A DNA stretch of 64,000 nt from Octopus vulgaris. Its lineage: Eukaryota. Location: NCBI GenBank assembly GCA_951406725.2, contig OX597816.1, positions 97,092,001 through 97,156,000 of the forward strand, in the 5' to 3' direction. A program made the translations under genes and the position numbers. Position 1 is the stretch's first letter; each line of letters begins with the position of its first letter. The notes below the pieces were generated by a model that was not told the DNA's origin, did no database searches, and saw only the letters and a list, made by a program, of their open reading frames with translations. Below are positions 1 through 12,063 of this stretch, piece after piece.

Positions 1-50
<50 letters not shown>

Positions 51-616
51 ACCGTAATGCCACAATATATCTACACGCACAAACGCATACATACAAATAT
101 ATGATTAACATACTTTGAACAATAATCATCCAACCATTTAATGACTTTCCGGGATTAAATCTAACATTTTATTGAAATTTATAAACAAGACATTTCTGAA
201 TAGATTTGCCATCAAAACAACCAACTAGAAATCGTTTGTTGTTTTTCTCATTCTTCAATGAGCAGTTCGCTTTTCCTTATATATAGTCACCTTATTTTGT
301 ACAAAAAACTGCTAGTCCCCTCTGAACAAAATTTCCGCACAAAATGCTTTAAAATATACAGAAAACCTCATTTATCCTTTGTATATAAACACATCATACA
401 GACACACAAATATATACTTATAGACTGAAAACTACAAATAGGTACCCAAGCATCTTAACCGGCCATACACAAACATTATTTGTCCAACAATGTGGATTGT
501 TGGCGATTTTTTCCTCCGTCTTTCTTTTCTTTCGAACTTTTCCCTGTCTCCTTTTTCTGAAGAAAAGCTGTGCTCGAAGAGTAAAACAATCTTTCTTTCT
601 TTCCCTCAGCGTCTGT

Positions 617-790
<174 letters not shown>

Positions 791-1153
791 GCAATAATAA
801 TTCTCTAAACGAGATATAGACAGTAACTGCTCCATAACATGCTGTCGAACAGATTTTCGAAATCAGTAAATGTATTTACGTGAAAATCTTTATATAAATA
901 TTCTGCACAGAGAGTCGTTCGTCGAAGGGCGGTGCCTACCATACGTTGACGAGAGGCAAACACCTCGAAACCTGGGTCCGTATGTGGCTTCCGCTTCTTC
1001 GGTGGATGATCTCCCTTTGCAGGATAGAGGACGCCGTGATGGTGTCAAGCCTTTCTGGTGACGTTGATGTTCGCCTGGGGCTAAATGCAACAGTAACACC
1101 CCCACCGCCCTGCCCTGTCCCTAGCCACATTCAAATGGCTAATGTCCCTTTTG

Positions 1154-1155
<2 letters not shown>
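791..1155 (+). mobile_element. Non-coding HHR-bearing element, family A copy 1 (one ~360-nt monomer with its last ~50 nt inverted and placed in front)
   Basis: 841-1155 is a diverged match to the 357-bp unit in 1459-2062. 791-840 is the reverse complement of the segment that would follow 1155. (TA)n on both sides. Confidence 0.8.
940..984 (+). ncRNA. Type I hammerhead ribozyme
   Basis: CATACG-TTGACGA-GAGG caaaca CCTC-GAAA-CCtgGG-TC-CGTATG: 6-bp stem I, 4-bp stem II, short stem III, GUC cleavage triplet, C3U core. Confidence 0.85.
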
Positions 1156-1191
<36 letters not shown>

Positions 1192-1405
1192 CAATAATAA
1201 ATCTCTAAACGAGATATAAACAGTAACTGCTCTATAACATAAGGGGCATCAGCCACCTGAATGTGGCTAGGGACAGGGCAGGGCGGTGGGGGTGTTACTG
1301 ATGCATTTAGCCCCAGGCGATCATCAACGTCACCAGGAGGGCTGACACCATCTCGGTGTCCTCTAGCCTGCAAAGGGAGATCATTCCCCGAAGAAGCGGA
1401 TGCTA

Positions 1406-1449
1406 CATACGGACCAGGTTTCAAGGTATTTGCCTATTATCAACGCATG
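1406..1449 (-). ncRNA. Type I hammerhead ribozyme (inverted copy)
   Basis: Reverse complement of 1673-1716. Confidence 0.8.
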
Positions 1450-1672
1450 GTAAGCACCATGCATCAGTAACACCCCCACCGCCCTGCCCTGTCCCTAGCC
1501 ACATTTAGATGGCTGATGCCCCTTATGTTATAGAGCAGTTACTGTTTATATCTCGTTTAGAGATTTATTATTGCTTTCGAACGGTTTTTCTACATCAGTA
1601 AATGTGTTTACTGTGAAAATCCTTAAATATATAGCCTGTACAGAGAGTTATTCGTCGGAGAGCGGTGCTTAC

Positions 1673-1716
1673 CATGCGTTGATAATAGGCAAATACCTTG
1701 AAACCTGGTCCGTATG
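1673..1716 (+). ncRNA. Type I hammerhead ribozyme, U3-A8 core
   Basis: CATGCG-TTGATAA-tAGG caaata CCTt-GAAA-CCtGG-TC-CGTATG. The next tandem copy (2030-2062) stops within stem III. Confidence 0.8.
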
Positions 1717-2488
1717 TAGCATCCGCTTCTTCGGGGAATGATCTCCCGTTGCAGGCTAGAGGACACCGAGATGGTGTCAGCCCTCCTGGTGACGTTGATG
1801 ATCGCCTGGGGCTAAATGCATCAGTAACACCCCCACCGCCCTGCCCTGTCCCTAGCCACATTCAGGTGGCTGATGCCCCTTATGTTATAGAGCAGTTACC
1901 GTTTATATCTCGTTTAGAGATTTATTATTGCTTTCGAACGGTTTTTCTACATCAGTAAATGTGTTTACTGTGAAAATCCTTAAATATATAGCCTGTACAG
2001 AGAGTTATTCGTCGGAGAGCGGTGCTTACCATGCGTTGATAATAGGCAAATACCTTGAAACCCTTCATAGGACTGTCACATTAAGTTGACAACATACTAT
2101 CACTTTATCGTGTTGCTACTGCATAAACCTCTCTGAGAGATTTAGAAATGTATTATTTCTAAGTCCACTGTAGTTCAGGCTTCCGCCATTAGAAGCCACC
2201 GGCATCTTTAAGAGGGAAAAGATAGAAGGAAAATTCAGGATCTTCCCCTTCTATAAATGCTCAAGGAACGACCCAAACACCCTAAAGACAATGGAACTAT
2301 ATTTGATAAAGAAGTACTCACCAAAATTAAACGGTTGATTTGGAAATACCTGAATAAGGAAAATTCAAGGAACGATCATATTTATGATTTAAAAATAAAA
2401 AAAATTCAGATCATATTTATAATTGAGAAATACTTTCCCACACTCAAATTTTTTCAGATTGCACTTAAAATCCTATCTATACTTAATT

Positions 2489-2621
<133 letters not shown>

Positions 2622-2759
2622 AAAAACGATTAGAGATCTATACAAATCAAATTTTTATATATAAAAGATAAAGGTGAAAATAGTAAAAAGGTAAATCTAA
2701 GACATCTCAATTGAAAAAGGAATTTGATGAAAATGATTTTTAAAATTATATAAAATAAA

Positions 2760-2800
2760 ATATTACCGGTTTCGATGATGTATCTCATCTTATCAAATAT
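2760..2800 (-). ncRNA. Minimal hammerhead ribozyme, U3-A8 core, in a probable PLE terminal remnant (~2616-3150)
   Basis: Minus strand ATAT-TTGATAA-GATGA gataca TCATC-GAAA-CCGG-TA-ATAT, followed ~140 nt later by (TA)n. Confidence 0.75.
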
Positions 2801-3277
2801 CAGTAAAAAGTTATAAAAAAATTGAAGTAAAAAGAGTTTATCGCGGGGTCAAGATAATGTCCGGAGAATTTTCGCTGGTCTTCCTTAAATATAGTTTGGT
2901 ATAGAGAAGAGGTGTAGTTGTCTATTGTCTAAAAGAAATCTCTGTGTGTTCCTGCCAAGGGACTGGTTAAAAAGCATGTATTGAATGGGTTTTATGTCCA
3001 CCTGTGTGTGTGTTTGTGTGTGCTGTGTGTGTTTGGGTGCGTGTTTGTATATCGTGTTGAATGTCCTTTCAATAAGTTTGGAATGTGACCAGCTGTGTGT
3101 ATATTGTGATGAATGCTTTGTTGAAGAAAGAATTAGGATTTTCCTTTAGGTTAGATAATTAAGGCCCACCGCCTAAAAATAGTATTGATTTCAAATATAA
3201 ATTATAATATTTCAAATATAAGTTATAATATTAAAAATAAGTATTTCGATTTCTGACTTTCGTCTTTCATTGCAATT

Positions 3278-3497
3278 TACGTGGGAGTACTGAAAAGTTC
3301 CTGGGTTGAAGGGTATCAGGAATAGCATTGTCGAAGACCCGAATTTCAAAGTTCTTTGATAGGGCTTGGACTAACTGAAAGACCGCTGCAATAGGTGTGT
3401 GAAGTTGAAAGGAATATGTTGAATAAAATCACAATTAACTGATTCTCCTGTATTTTCTTTTATCCAAAGCCAGGATCTTTTCAGCACCCTTCGAATA
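3278..3497 (+). mobile_element. Internally deleted mariner (MITE-like)
   Basis: Imperfect TIRs (TACGTGGGAGTACTGAAAAGTTCCTGG / CCAGGATCTTTTCAGCACCCTTCGA). Internal remnant LKDRCNRCVKLKG..YVE* resembles a mariner transposase C-terminus. Confidence 0.7.
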
Positions 3498-3543
3498 TAT
3501 ACTGTATATATCTGTGTGCGAGCGCTTGTGTGAGTGTGCGTGG

Positions 3544-3611
<68 letters not shown>

Positions 3612-3630
3612 CATTTGGCATGCAAGATTC

Positions 3631-3960
3631 TTTATGTGAATTCGTGTGTTGAAGCATTTTTTATTGTGCCTTATTATTTAACATACTTACCACTTCGATT
3701 TCCACTCATTTAGCTATTTATTTATAAAAATTAAAAATTAAAATTTTAACTTTTTCTAAAATCATCGTTGTGCCCTGCAACTTTTCAATAGTCGTTGGCT
3801 CTGTCCGTTATCCAGCCAGAATAAACGACTATTGAAAGGGTTGCAAGATGCAACGAAATTTTAGAGAACATAAATAACTTAATGAGTGGAAATAGAACCG
3901 GTGAGTGTGTTAAATAATAAAGCACTAAAAGAGAATGTCTCAACCCAGACACAATAATAC
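3631..3960. mobile_element. Foldback MITE-like element with long imperfect inverted arms
   Basis: ~3631-3796 is an imperfect reverse complement of ~3824-3960 (e.g. TTCAATAGTCGTT/AACGACTATTGAA, ATTTCCACTCATT/AATGAGTGGAAAT). A related half copy lies at ~24339-24470. Confidence 0.65.
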
Positions 3961-4019
3961 ACACACGCGCACACACACGCGCACACACACACACATATAT
4001 ATACATGCATATATACTTG

Positions 4020-4051
<32 letters not shown>

Positions 4052-4062
4052 CACATATACAT

Positions 4063-4116
<54 letters not shown>

Positions 4117-4648
4117 GTATATATACAAGCACACAAACAGAAGTATATATTCATAATGTTTTGCATTTTTTTAGCAAGAATATTTGCAAAATGCTTAATT
4201 CACATAATTATACATTTACTTAGAAGCTAAATCAAAACGTATGTTTGTGTGTGTGTTTGTGTATGCACACGCGAACAAATACACACACACACAAAATTAG
4301 ATCGAGCTGACCAAAACTCAGGAAAGTACCATACGCGTGTGATATTCAATATTCCTTCTGTTAGCAAATTGACGTCATAGAATAATTGAATAGAATTGTT
4401 TTAATACTTTCATGGATTTTTTTCAGTGGCTTTCGATGAGAGACAAAAATAGATTCTAAGAGTTCTACAGACATAAGGCACAACATGGTTAGTGCCGAAT
4501 AGCTAAGTTACGATTATGTAACGAGACTAAGACCGTTTGTCGAGTGGTGGTGGTGGTGGTGGGCAAGCAACACAAACACATAGACACACACACATACTTA
4601 CATACGTACATACATATATCTTACGTACATATATACATATATATGATA

Positions 4649-4952
4649 TACGAGTGATACCAAGAAGTTCCCGGACTAGTTCTGTAGCGTGCCAACAAAT
4701 GACAGCACACGATAGCATACGCAGTGAGAGGTAACGATGACCTTCATGACGTAGTGTGCCGAGTGACATCGGTGTGTTTACTTCGCAAGTTGTGAAATTT
4801 GTGTTTTGGGGTATCCCATTAATGGTGTAGTTTGCGATTCTGTCATGGACAAAACAAAGAGCCAACGTGAAATTTTGCGATAAACTTCCAAAAGTGGTAG
4901 AAAACTGGGACCGGTGCATTGTTGCGTAAGATGACTATTTCGAGGGAGACGA
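4649..4952 (+). mobile_element. Mariner deletion derivative
   Basis: Left end TACGAGTGATACCAAGAAGTTCCCGGACT. Transposase N-terminus (MD..QRANVKFC) is fused directly to C-terminus (FQKW..WDRCIVA.DDYFEGD). Right TIR not seen. Confidence 0.7.
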
Positions 4953-5045
4953 TATATGTATGTATGTATGTATGTATATGTGCATATACAGATGTGCGCA
5001 TACACACATATATCTAATTGTTTGTATGCATATATATATATATAT

Positions 5046-5076
<31 letters not shown>

Positions 5077-5081
5077 CATAC

Positions 5082-5117
<36 letters not shown>

Positions 5118-5200
5118 ATATGTACATATACAGATGCACGCACACACACATATATCTAATTGCTTGTATGCATATACATATATATATATATATATATATA

Positions 5201-5635
5201 ATGCGTTGAGATGTGTTCTCTTAAGAACGTATTAGAGTACAAATAGAGCTCGTTCACCCTTAGAATTTCCAAATACCCGGTAGTATTATTATGGTATGCT
5301 ACCAATTCTAGTCTTAGGTATTCCTCGTGTGTGAAAATAAAAAGTAAAAAGTAAAAGAGTAAAAAGGAAGAGGAAGAACGGTTAGGCAGCTTTTTAATAA
5401 TCACTACAAATGTTTCAATACATATGGATCCACGTATATACAGGGTTTAGATATAAATTTAAACTTAAATTAAACTATGTAACGATTTACCTGTATAAGA
5501 AGATCCATATATATTTCCTCAGGCGAGTAAATCTAGATTTCCATGGTACCACATCCATGGATGTTTTAACATGGTGATTATTAAAAAGCTGCCTGGTCGT
5601 TCTTACTCTTCCTTTTGACTATTTTAATTGTTACG

Positions 5636-5637
<2 letters not shown>
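5201..5637 (-). mobile_element. Non-coding HHR-bearing element with a short inverted duplication, between (TA)n tracts
   Basis: 5362-5404 is inverted relative to 5574-5617; contains the HHR at 5401-5526. Confidence 0.65.
5401..5526 (-). ncRNA. Hammerhead ribozyme with ~100-nt stem II domain
   Basis: Minus strand TCGC-CTGAGGA-AATATATATGGATC...TATACAGG...CCTGTATA...GATCCATATGTATT-GAAA-CatttG-TA-GTGA. Confidence 0.75.
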
Positions 5638-5682
<45 letters not shown>

Positions 5683-5686
<4 letters not shown>

Positions 5687-5832
5687 TGAGGCTTCTATAA
5701 ATTCCCGTTAATCAAATCCACTGGCAGGGTATTGGTTGGCCCCGGGCTGAAGTAAGAGTTGCCGCCCAGTGGAACTGAACGCGAGACTACGTGTTGGGAT
5801 GCAAGCTCTGAAACACATAGTCTTGCATGCGC
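5683..5832 (-). mobile_element. Degenerate tRNA-derived SINE
   Basis: Minus strand has a B-box-like GCGTTCAGTTCC and a GTGGATTTG...AGAAGCC 3' region. Related fragments at ~16640-16790 (+) and ~39238-39278 (-). Confidence 0.5.
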
Positions 5833-6754
5833 TTATAAGCCACGCCTGCGCCTTTCGTCGTACGGGAACCAGGCCATTCAGGCACACTAATATAAACAGA
5901 TTTTATAACAGAATATCAGTACAAAACATAATGTTGAAGAAGCTCCGTTCCCAATACACCAAGTAGAAAAAGGTGTTTTAGCTAAGTACGTAGATAATAG
6001 ATTAGAATATATGTATAACTACAGATTTATTTATATTTTCTATCAGTAAATGAACAAACAAGCAAAACCACTTAAATTGCTTACATATTTCCTCAATTGT
6101 TAAAATCCATCTACATTCAAAATAACAAACCGTTTTCCTATTCACCAATTAATAGTTTTCACATATTTTTGGTTACGTAATTTCACCACAGAGACCGTCA
6201 TAGAATTTTTCATACAAGTGTTTTTATCGCGACACATTTTGTCTGCAGAATATTTTCTATAGAAATTTGAGTAGTTTTAAACATAGTTACATGCCCATAA
6301 GTGGAACTAATAATTCACGCCAAGTTGTTGTCAGTGGTACTTCAAAACAATCAATCAATATTTATTTCTGTGTATTTATTTGTGTGTGATTGTATATTAA
6401 TGCGTAAGTTATAAAGTATATCAAATCATCTGATATAGTACTCAATATGTTGGATGGAGTGAATAGGTCTGTTTATTGTAGGAATAGTTAACAGTGCACC
6501 CTGAGTTCGATCCCGGTATGAATGTTCGTGTACCTGTATATGTCTGTGTGGGAGTGTGTATTAATATACAAGTATTTGTGTGTATACAAACATACATACA
6601 TACATGCATACATACTTACACACATACATACATGTATCCATCCATCCATCCATCCATCCATCCATCCATCCATACATCCATCCATACATACATACATACA
6701 TACATACATACATACATACATACATACATACATACATACATACATACATACATA

Positions 6755-7609
6755 GAAGAAACAATAGAATTAAGATGAACCGCAGCTTCTCTTGGACACA
6801 AGAACACTACATCACATCACACTTTGAAGGCTATGCGTTTGTAATACAGGAACAGGATATTGCCACAATGTACCTAGTGAACAAGAGAGACACTGACGCT
6901 CTTGTAATCTCAAGGGCCAACTGCATGTCTAGGCTATGTCATGTCCCTGTGGAAAACTACGCATGTGAATAGCAGCTGTCCTAAAATGTCGTCAAGGTAC
7001 TACCTCCCTATGCGGCACGATGTTGTTGCTAAAACAATTTACAATGCTATCCACAAAAAAGACTGTCCTGAAACGAACTTAGAAAATCCCTCTGTTATGG
7101 AATACATTCATAAATACCAGCTCACGGAATACTGGTAGAATATTCCAATCAATACTTCTGTCAAATCTAAGCATAACAGGTCGGATATTGTTGTTTGGGA
7201 CAGAGGGGCAAATATATGTACCATCATAAAAGTCAGTTGCCCTGCAGATATAAGTATCTCTTTGAAAATCAAGGAAAAAGAGGATAACTATGAACAACTG
7301 TTTCGAAACCTCCAGCTTCTATATCCAGACTATGAATTCATATTCACACCAATAATAATTGGAGCACTAGGTTTTGTTAGTAAATGCTTAAAGGAGAATC
7401 TGGATGAACTGGATTTTCAGAAAGAAAAATCGACCGGCTAATTCGTACATTACAAGTGCAATCTGTGAGTGTAATAGTAAAAATATGCAAAACTTTTCTC
7501 AAGCTCGAAATGTGAATTTGTCTAACTATATCCCAAAGATGGAGCCTTTTGTTTGAACACCAGTTCCCTCTTCAGTGGAAAATTTATAATAATTAAAAAG
7601 TAGAAGAGA
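6755..7609 (+). mobile_element. R4/Dong-like non-LTR retrotransposon, 5'-truncated 3' end (zinc knuckle plus restriction-like endonuclease)
   Basis: CRLC..H..SSC knuckle, RHDVVAK, HNRSDIVVWD...VSCP...KEKEDNY, PIIIGALG across broken frames; (CATA)n on both flanks. Confidence 0.85.
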
Positions 7610-7736
7610 CACATACACATACATACAAACATACATACAACCATACTTATTTTAGTGATGTTCACACCGCCGGGTTGAATGATACTGCCCAGGTGTCGAA
7701 ACCATAATGATATCCGTGGCGCAGCTAATGATAAAA

Positions 7737-7769
<33 letters not shown>

Positions 7770-7770
<1 letters not shown>

Positions 7771-7967
7771 CGAGAAGGTTTACGAAGATAGACAAAAGAC
7801 GAAGGCATGTGGAGTACAAACAAACAAATGTATTAGTATAGCGCTCAGGAATAGAAATAGAACGTCTTTTACGTTTCGAGCCTACGCTCTTCGACAGAAA
7901 GATACACAGAAAAGAAACAAGGAGAGAAACAAGGAGAGAAAAAAATGCGTGTAGGAGCTAACGGTCT

Positions 7968-7971
<4 letters not shown>
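7770..7971 (-). mobile_element. ~200-bp HHR-like element, family B copy 1
   Basis: Lies between (TA)n tracts; reverse-complement match to 39421-39630; HHR-like motif at 7865-7902. Confidence 0.75.
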
Positions 7972-8004
<33 letters not shown>

Positions 8005-8075
8005 TGATAGTTAGATAGAGAGAGAGATATACATGGATAGATAGAGAGAGAGAGAGAGATACATATACACCCCAC

Positions 8076-8900
8076 TTACAGGGATATCTTCGCAATCCAG
8101 GAACAGGAGACAGCTACTAAATACCTGATAAACAAGAGAGACAAAGATACTACCAGACCTTCACTTTGTGATAGTAAATGTCGGCTATGCAAACCAGTGT
8201 GGAAGATATCACCTTCATCATCAGCTGTTGGTCTAAAATAACCACAAGTTACTACCTGCCCCTGAGGCATAATATACTTTCAAAGGCTATTTGCAATACT
8301 ATCCGAAAGAAGGATTACTCTGACGTATACATCAAAGCCATATCAGAACCAGCATGTATTCGCACCTTTAGAAACAAGGCATACTGGTGGGAAACTCCAG
8401 TAACAACGGTAATTAGGTGCAAACATAACATACTGATATTGTTCCGTGAGACAAGAAACAAAATCATGCACTGTTGAAGAGGTCAACTGCCAAGGAAGAA
8501 GAGAACATTTATGGTGAATTGATGCGGAGCTTACAGCTCTTGTGCCGTGGCTATACATTTTCATTTATACTCATCATAATAAGTGCATGAGGCTCTGTAC
8601 CTACAAAATTACAACAAAATACTAGAAATACGTGGTTTTCGAAGAAAGGGCAAATCCAATCTCTTCGCGGCATAGTGAAGATTTGAAAGACATTCCTAAG
8701 ATATTCTATTTGAGGTTTTTTTAGACGATGAATAGATGCACACACTTGGGTGTGTACCTCAACTGTTCATCTAACACACCAAATCAACCATATATTTACA
8801 AAGACCGGGAGCTCTCTCAACTTAAAAAGTCTTGTTTTGTTAGCGACCGGTTTAAATTCTCTTAAGAACAATTTAAATTAAACACAATGAAGAAAGAAAC
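8076..8900 (+). mobile_element. R4/Dong-like LINE 3' remnant (second subfamily)
   Basis: IFAIQEQETATKYL, CRLCK, YYLPLRHN, YWWETPV..CKHN; followed by (CATA)n. Confidence 0.8.
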
Positions 8901-8980
8901 ATGCATACAAACATACATACATACATACATACATACATACATACATACATACATACATACATGCATGCATACATACATAC

Positions 8981-9470
8981 AGCTGAAGATCAGTGGAAAG
9001 AAAATAGCTACTATTGAGAAATCTGTAGTTACTCTATTCAGATTCCAAGTTTAAGTTTATACCTGTAGTTATTAGGGCCCTGGGATATGTAACTCACTGC
9101 TTAAATACCAATCTTGAGAAATTAGGTTTCTCAAAACCAAAAGGGAGAAAGCTAATTAGAAGACTATAGATCCAATCAATCGTTGGAACCGTAAAAAATT
9201 TGTAAAACTTTCCAGAAGTTTATCATTTAAATATGCAAGTATATATGCATGAGAAGACATACATGAAACAAAATATACAAATCTGCACATATAGATACAT
9301 ACATGCTTGCATGCGGCCATACATACATATATACATACGTACACACACATACATACATGCAAAAATACCCTGTTGTTGATGTTGAAATTCCAATGAAGGA
9401 GCCTTGGATCTAGATTAGAAATCGGCTCTTTACCTATTGACAAGAAATCTTGAAATAAAACAGAATAATA
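8981..9470 (+). mobile_element. R4/Dong-like LINE 3' end with UTR
   Basis: FKFIPVVIRALGYVTHCLNTNLEKLGF; (CATA)n on both sides; UTR shared with 27082-27282 and 28288-28400. Confidence 0.8.
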
Positions 9471-9529
9471 ACATACACACATGCATACATGCACGCATAC
9501 ATACATACATACATACATACATACATACA

Positions 9530-9563
<34 letters not shown>

Positions 9564-10249
9564 CATGCTATAAAACATCAGTCAGCTCTCCTTTTCCTAT
9601 GAATTAATTATTGTAGTATGTCTACTTGAGCTTGTTCTTAAAAAACAAAATTGCATATAGCAGCTATCATTTATCTTATTTACTCCACTCCTCGTTGTGT
9701 TACTTAGCCCACACCTTGTAAACAATGAAGAGATATGTTTTTAACATCTTCCATTGGAGAGAACTAGTACTAATTAATAACATTATTTTTCAACAAAATA
9801 ATAAACAACAATTATCTACATAACACTTTTATGTAAACAATTTTCATATCTCTCTTTTCTGTCATAACATATTTTATAGAGAAAAGCTTCTGTGTGAATT
9901 TCTCGCGAGATTATCACATGAGCTTAATACATGAACGTTGACCAGTCAATTTGTACATTAACGGATAGTATTCTGAGCAACATTCCTACTTTAAAAGCTA
10001 ACTATTGTTGTAATAACGGCCAGAACAGACATAATTCACGACACAGCTCTTTATACTATACACATTTATAAAATAATTTTGAAACCGGTAAAGTGCATTA
10101 TTCTTTTTTAAAATACTATTAACTTCTAATTAATTCTAATATATTCAACTTCATTTGTTCTCTCTCTCCCTCTTCTCTCTTTTTCCATATATATAAACTG
10201 TCAGCAAACTACATGATTTGAAGGCAGTTAAAAGAGATTAATAGTTAGA

Positions 10250-11700
10250 TACTAGTACAAGAGGCAGACTTTCTGCATAAAGCCATAAGCACTGGCGAAT
10301 CCTGTAGCCAAGAATTAAACCACCGTTTCGGCAGAAAACTATAGGGCCATTGCTTGCTTAAATATGTGCTAGCTATACAAAGTGTATCATCTTATTCCAC
10401 AAGATTGTCGAACAACATAGCAACTAATGAGGGTATGGTTCGAAAGAAGAGTGTGTAGGAATTTACGAATAATTTTGATGAAGAAAGTTGTGCTGCCCGA
10501 AGCAAGAAAATACCATGGCTTGATTATAGGAAAACGTTCAATTCTATTCCCCATTCGTTATGACGGAAGTGTCTACACTTAGCAAAATAACTGCTTCTTT
10601 GGTCATTGCCATTGAAAGGCTCACAAAAACCTTGGCAACAATTCTCGCGCAACAGAGAGTGGATCGATCGTTACCGGTGTAATAAATATTCCAAAGGGAA
10701 TATTTATAACATTGGAGATAATCTTTCTGTAATTCCGTTCTTTTTCTTTATGGAAACCGTTATCAATTCTTTTAGAAATTCCAATGGTTATATGCTAGGG
10801 TCTGCAACTGGTACAGATACCAATGTAGCTCACAATTTCTTTGTGAATGACCTGAAAATGTATGTAAAATATACTTACAATACAAAAATCAGGTGATGTT
10901 AATAACATTTTTTGCTGACATGGGAAGAAAATTCTGGCGGAAAAAGTATATATACTTGATTGTGAACATGGAAACTCACTCCCACCACATCTAAAACTTG
11001 TGCACTAACAATCTCTATCTTTCCAGCTCTGCGCAAAAAGTGCTACGAACACCTGGATAGTGATCAAAAATAAATCATTCGAAGGTGCTGCAAGCAAAGG
11101 TAGAGTGACCAGAGAAGCAAATGTACAAAAATTGATAGTCGGAGATCTCATCTCACATAAAACTATATGCCACAATACATTTGTTGTACCAGCTCTGATA
11201 CCAACATTTGGGATATTTCACTGGTCTCTAGAGGAACTCAACTCCATAGCCTTTAACGCCCGCAAGATCTTGACACCAACAGAAACTGATATCCACTGAG
11301 ATATTCCACATAAACTGTGATATCGATAGGCTCTACTTAAGAAAAGACGAAGGAGTTAGAGGCTTGAGATCAGTGCAGACAGCCTTCGAATGTCGGGTAA
11401 TATCTTTCAGACAGCACCTGCTAAGCATCAGCCAAATTAAATATATAAACCAAGGGGTCGAAGGCGAAGAGAACAACATTCTATATATCGGCCCTTCAGG
11501 AAGTAATTTATTCCTGATGGACTTCCATACAACCCCAAAGCAGCTGAAAGTGAAACGCTCAGTATAACAAAAATTGATCATGAATGGGTATCTTTCCCAA
11601 AGACTGAAAGATGACAGAAATATTGACAGGAAGTACAACCTCTCTTGTATTCTTCACCGCTACATTACAATTCGAACGCTATGCATTTGCAATGCAGGAA
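10250..11700 (+). pseudogene. Decayed R4/Dong-like reverse transcriptase region
   Basis: Ordered RT motifs across frameshifts: NYRAIACLN, WLDYRKTFNSIPHS, GDNLSV, HNFFVNDLKMY, HNTFVVPALIPTFG, IDRLYL..EG.RGL. Confidence 0.8.
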
Positions 11701-11896
11701 GCGCCCTTGGAGTATAAAGACACAACTCAAAATATCAATTATGTCACTTTTCTGTAGAAGACACTTTATGGCACTTTTCTGTGATAAGCCTGCTTCAAAA
11801 TGTCAAGATTTTGTATAACATAATGTTTATAGTAAAACAATTTACAATGTCTTATGAAAAAATAAAATAAAAAGGCTTACTGCGAAAGAAGGTAAA

Positions 11897-11897
<1 letters not shown>

Positions 11898-11927
<30 letters not shown>

Positions 11928-12063
11928 CTTCTTCTTCTTCTTCTTCTTCTTCTTCTTCTTCTTCTTCTTCTTCTTCTTCTTCTTCTTCTTCTTCTTCTTC
12001 TTCTTCTTCTTCTTCTTCTTCTTCCAGCAGCAGCAGCAGCAGCACCACCACCACCACCACCAC
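11898..12063. repeat. (TTC)n-(CAG)n-(CAC)n compound trinucleotide tract
   Basis: Directly visible. Confidence 0.97.

Larger units (their letters stand above)
1191..2062 (+). mobile_element. Non-coding HHR-bearing element, family A copy 2 (inverted arm 1191-1458 plus ~1.7 tandem copies of a 357-bp monomer)
   Basis: TTGC at 1571 recurs at 1928 (period 357). 1191-1458 is the reverse complement of the monomer and begins at a (TA)n tract. Confidence 0.85.

Noticed and set aside
1560-1605. Minus-strand CTGATGTA...GAAA hammerhead-like motif in family A
   Set aside because: Core not conserved in the sister copy (841-872) and stem III does not form; the convincing HHR is on the other strand.
7655-7712. 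TGATG..ACACC...GGTGTC-GAAAC hammerhead-like hairpin
   Set aside because: Core and stem I too degenerate to call.
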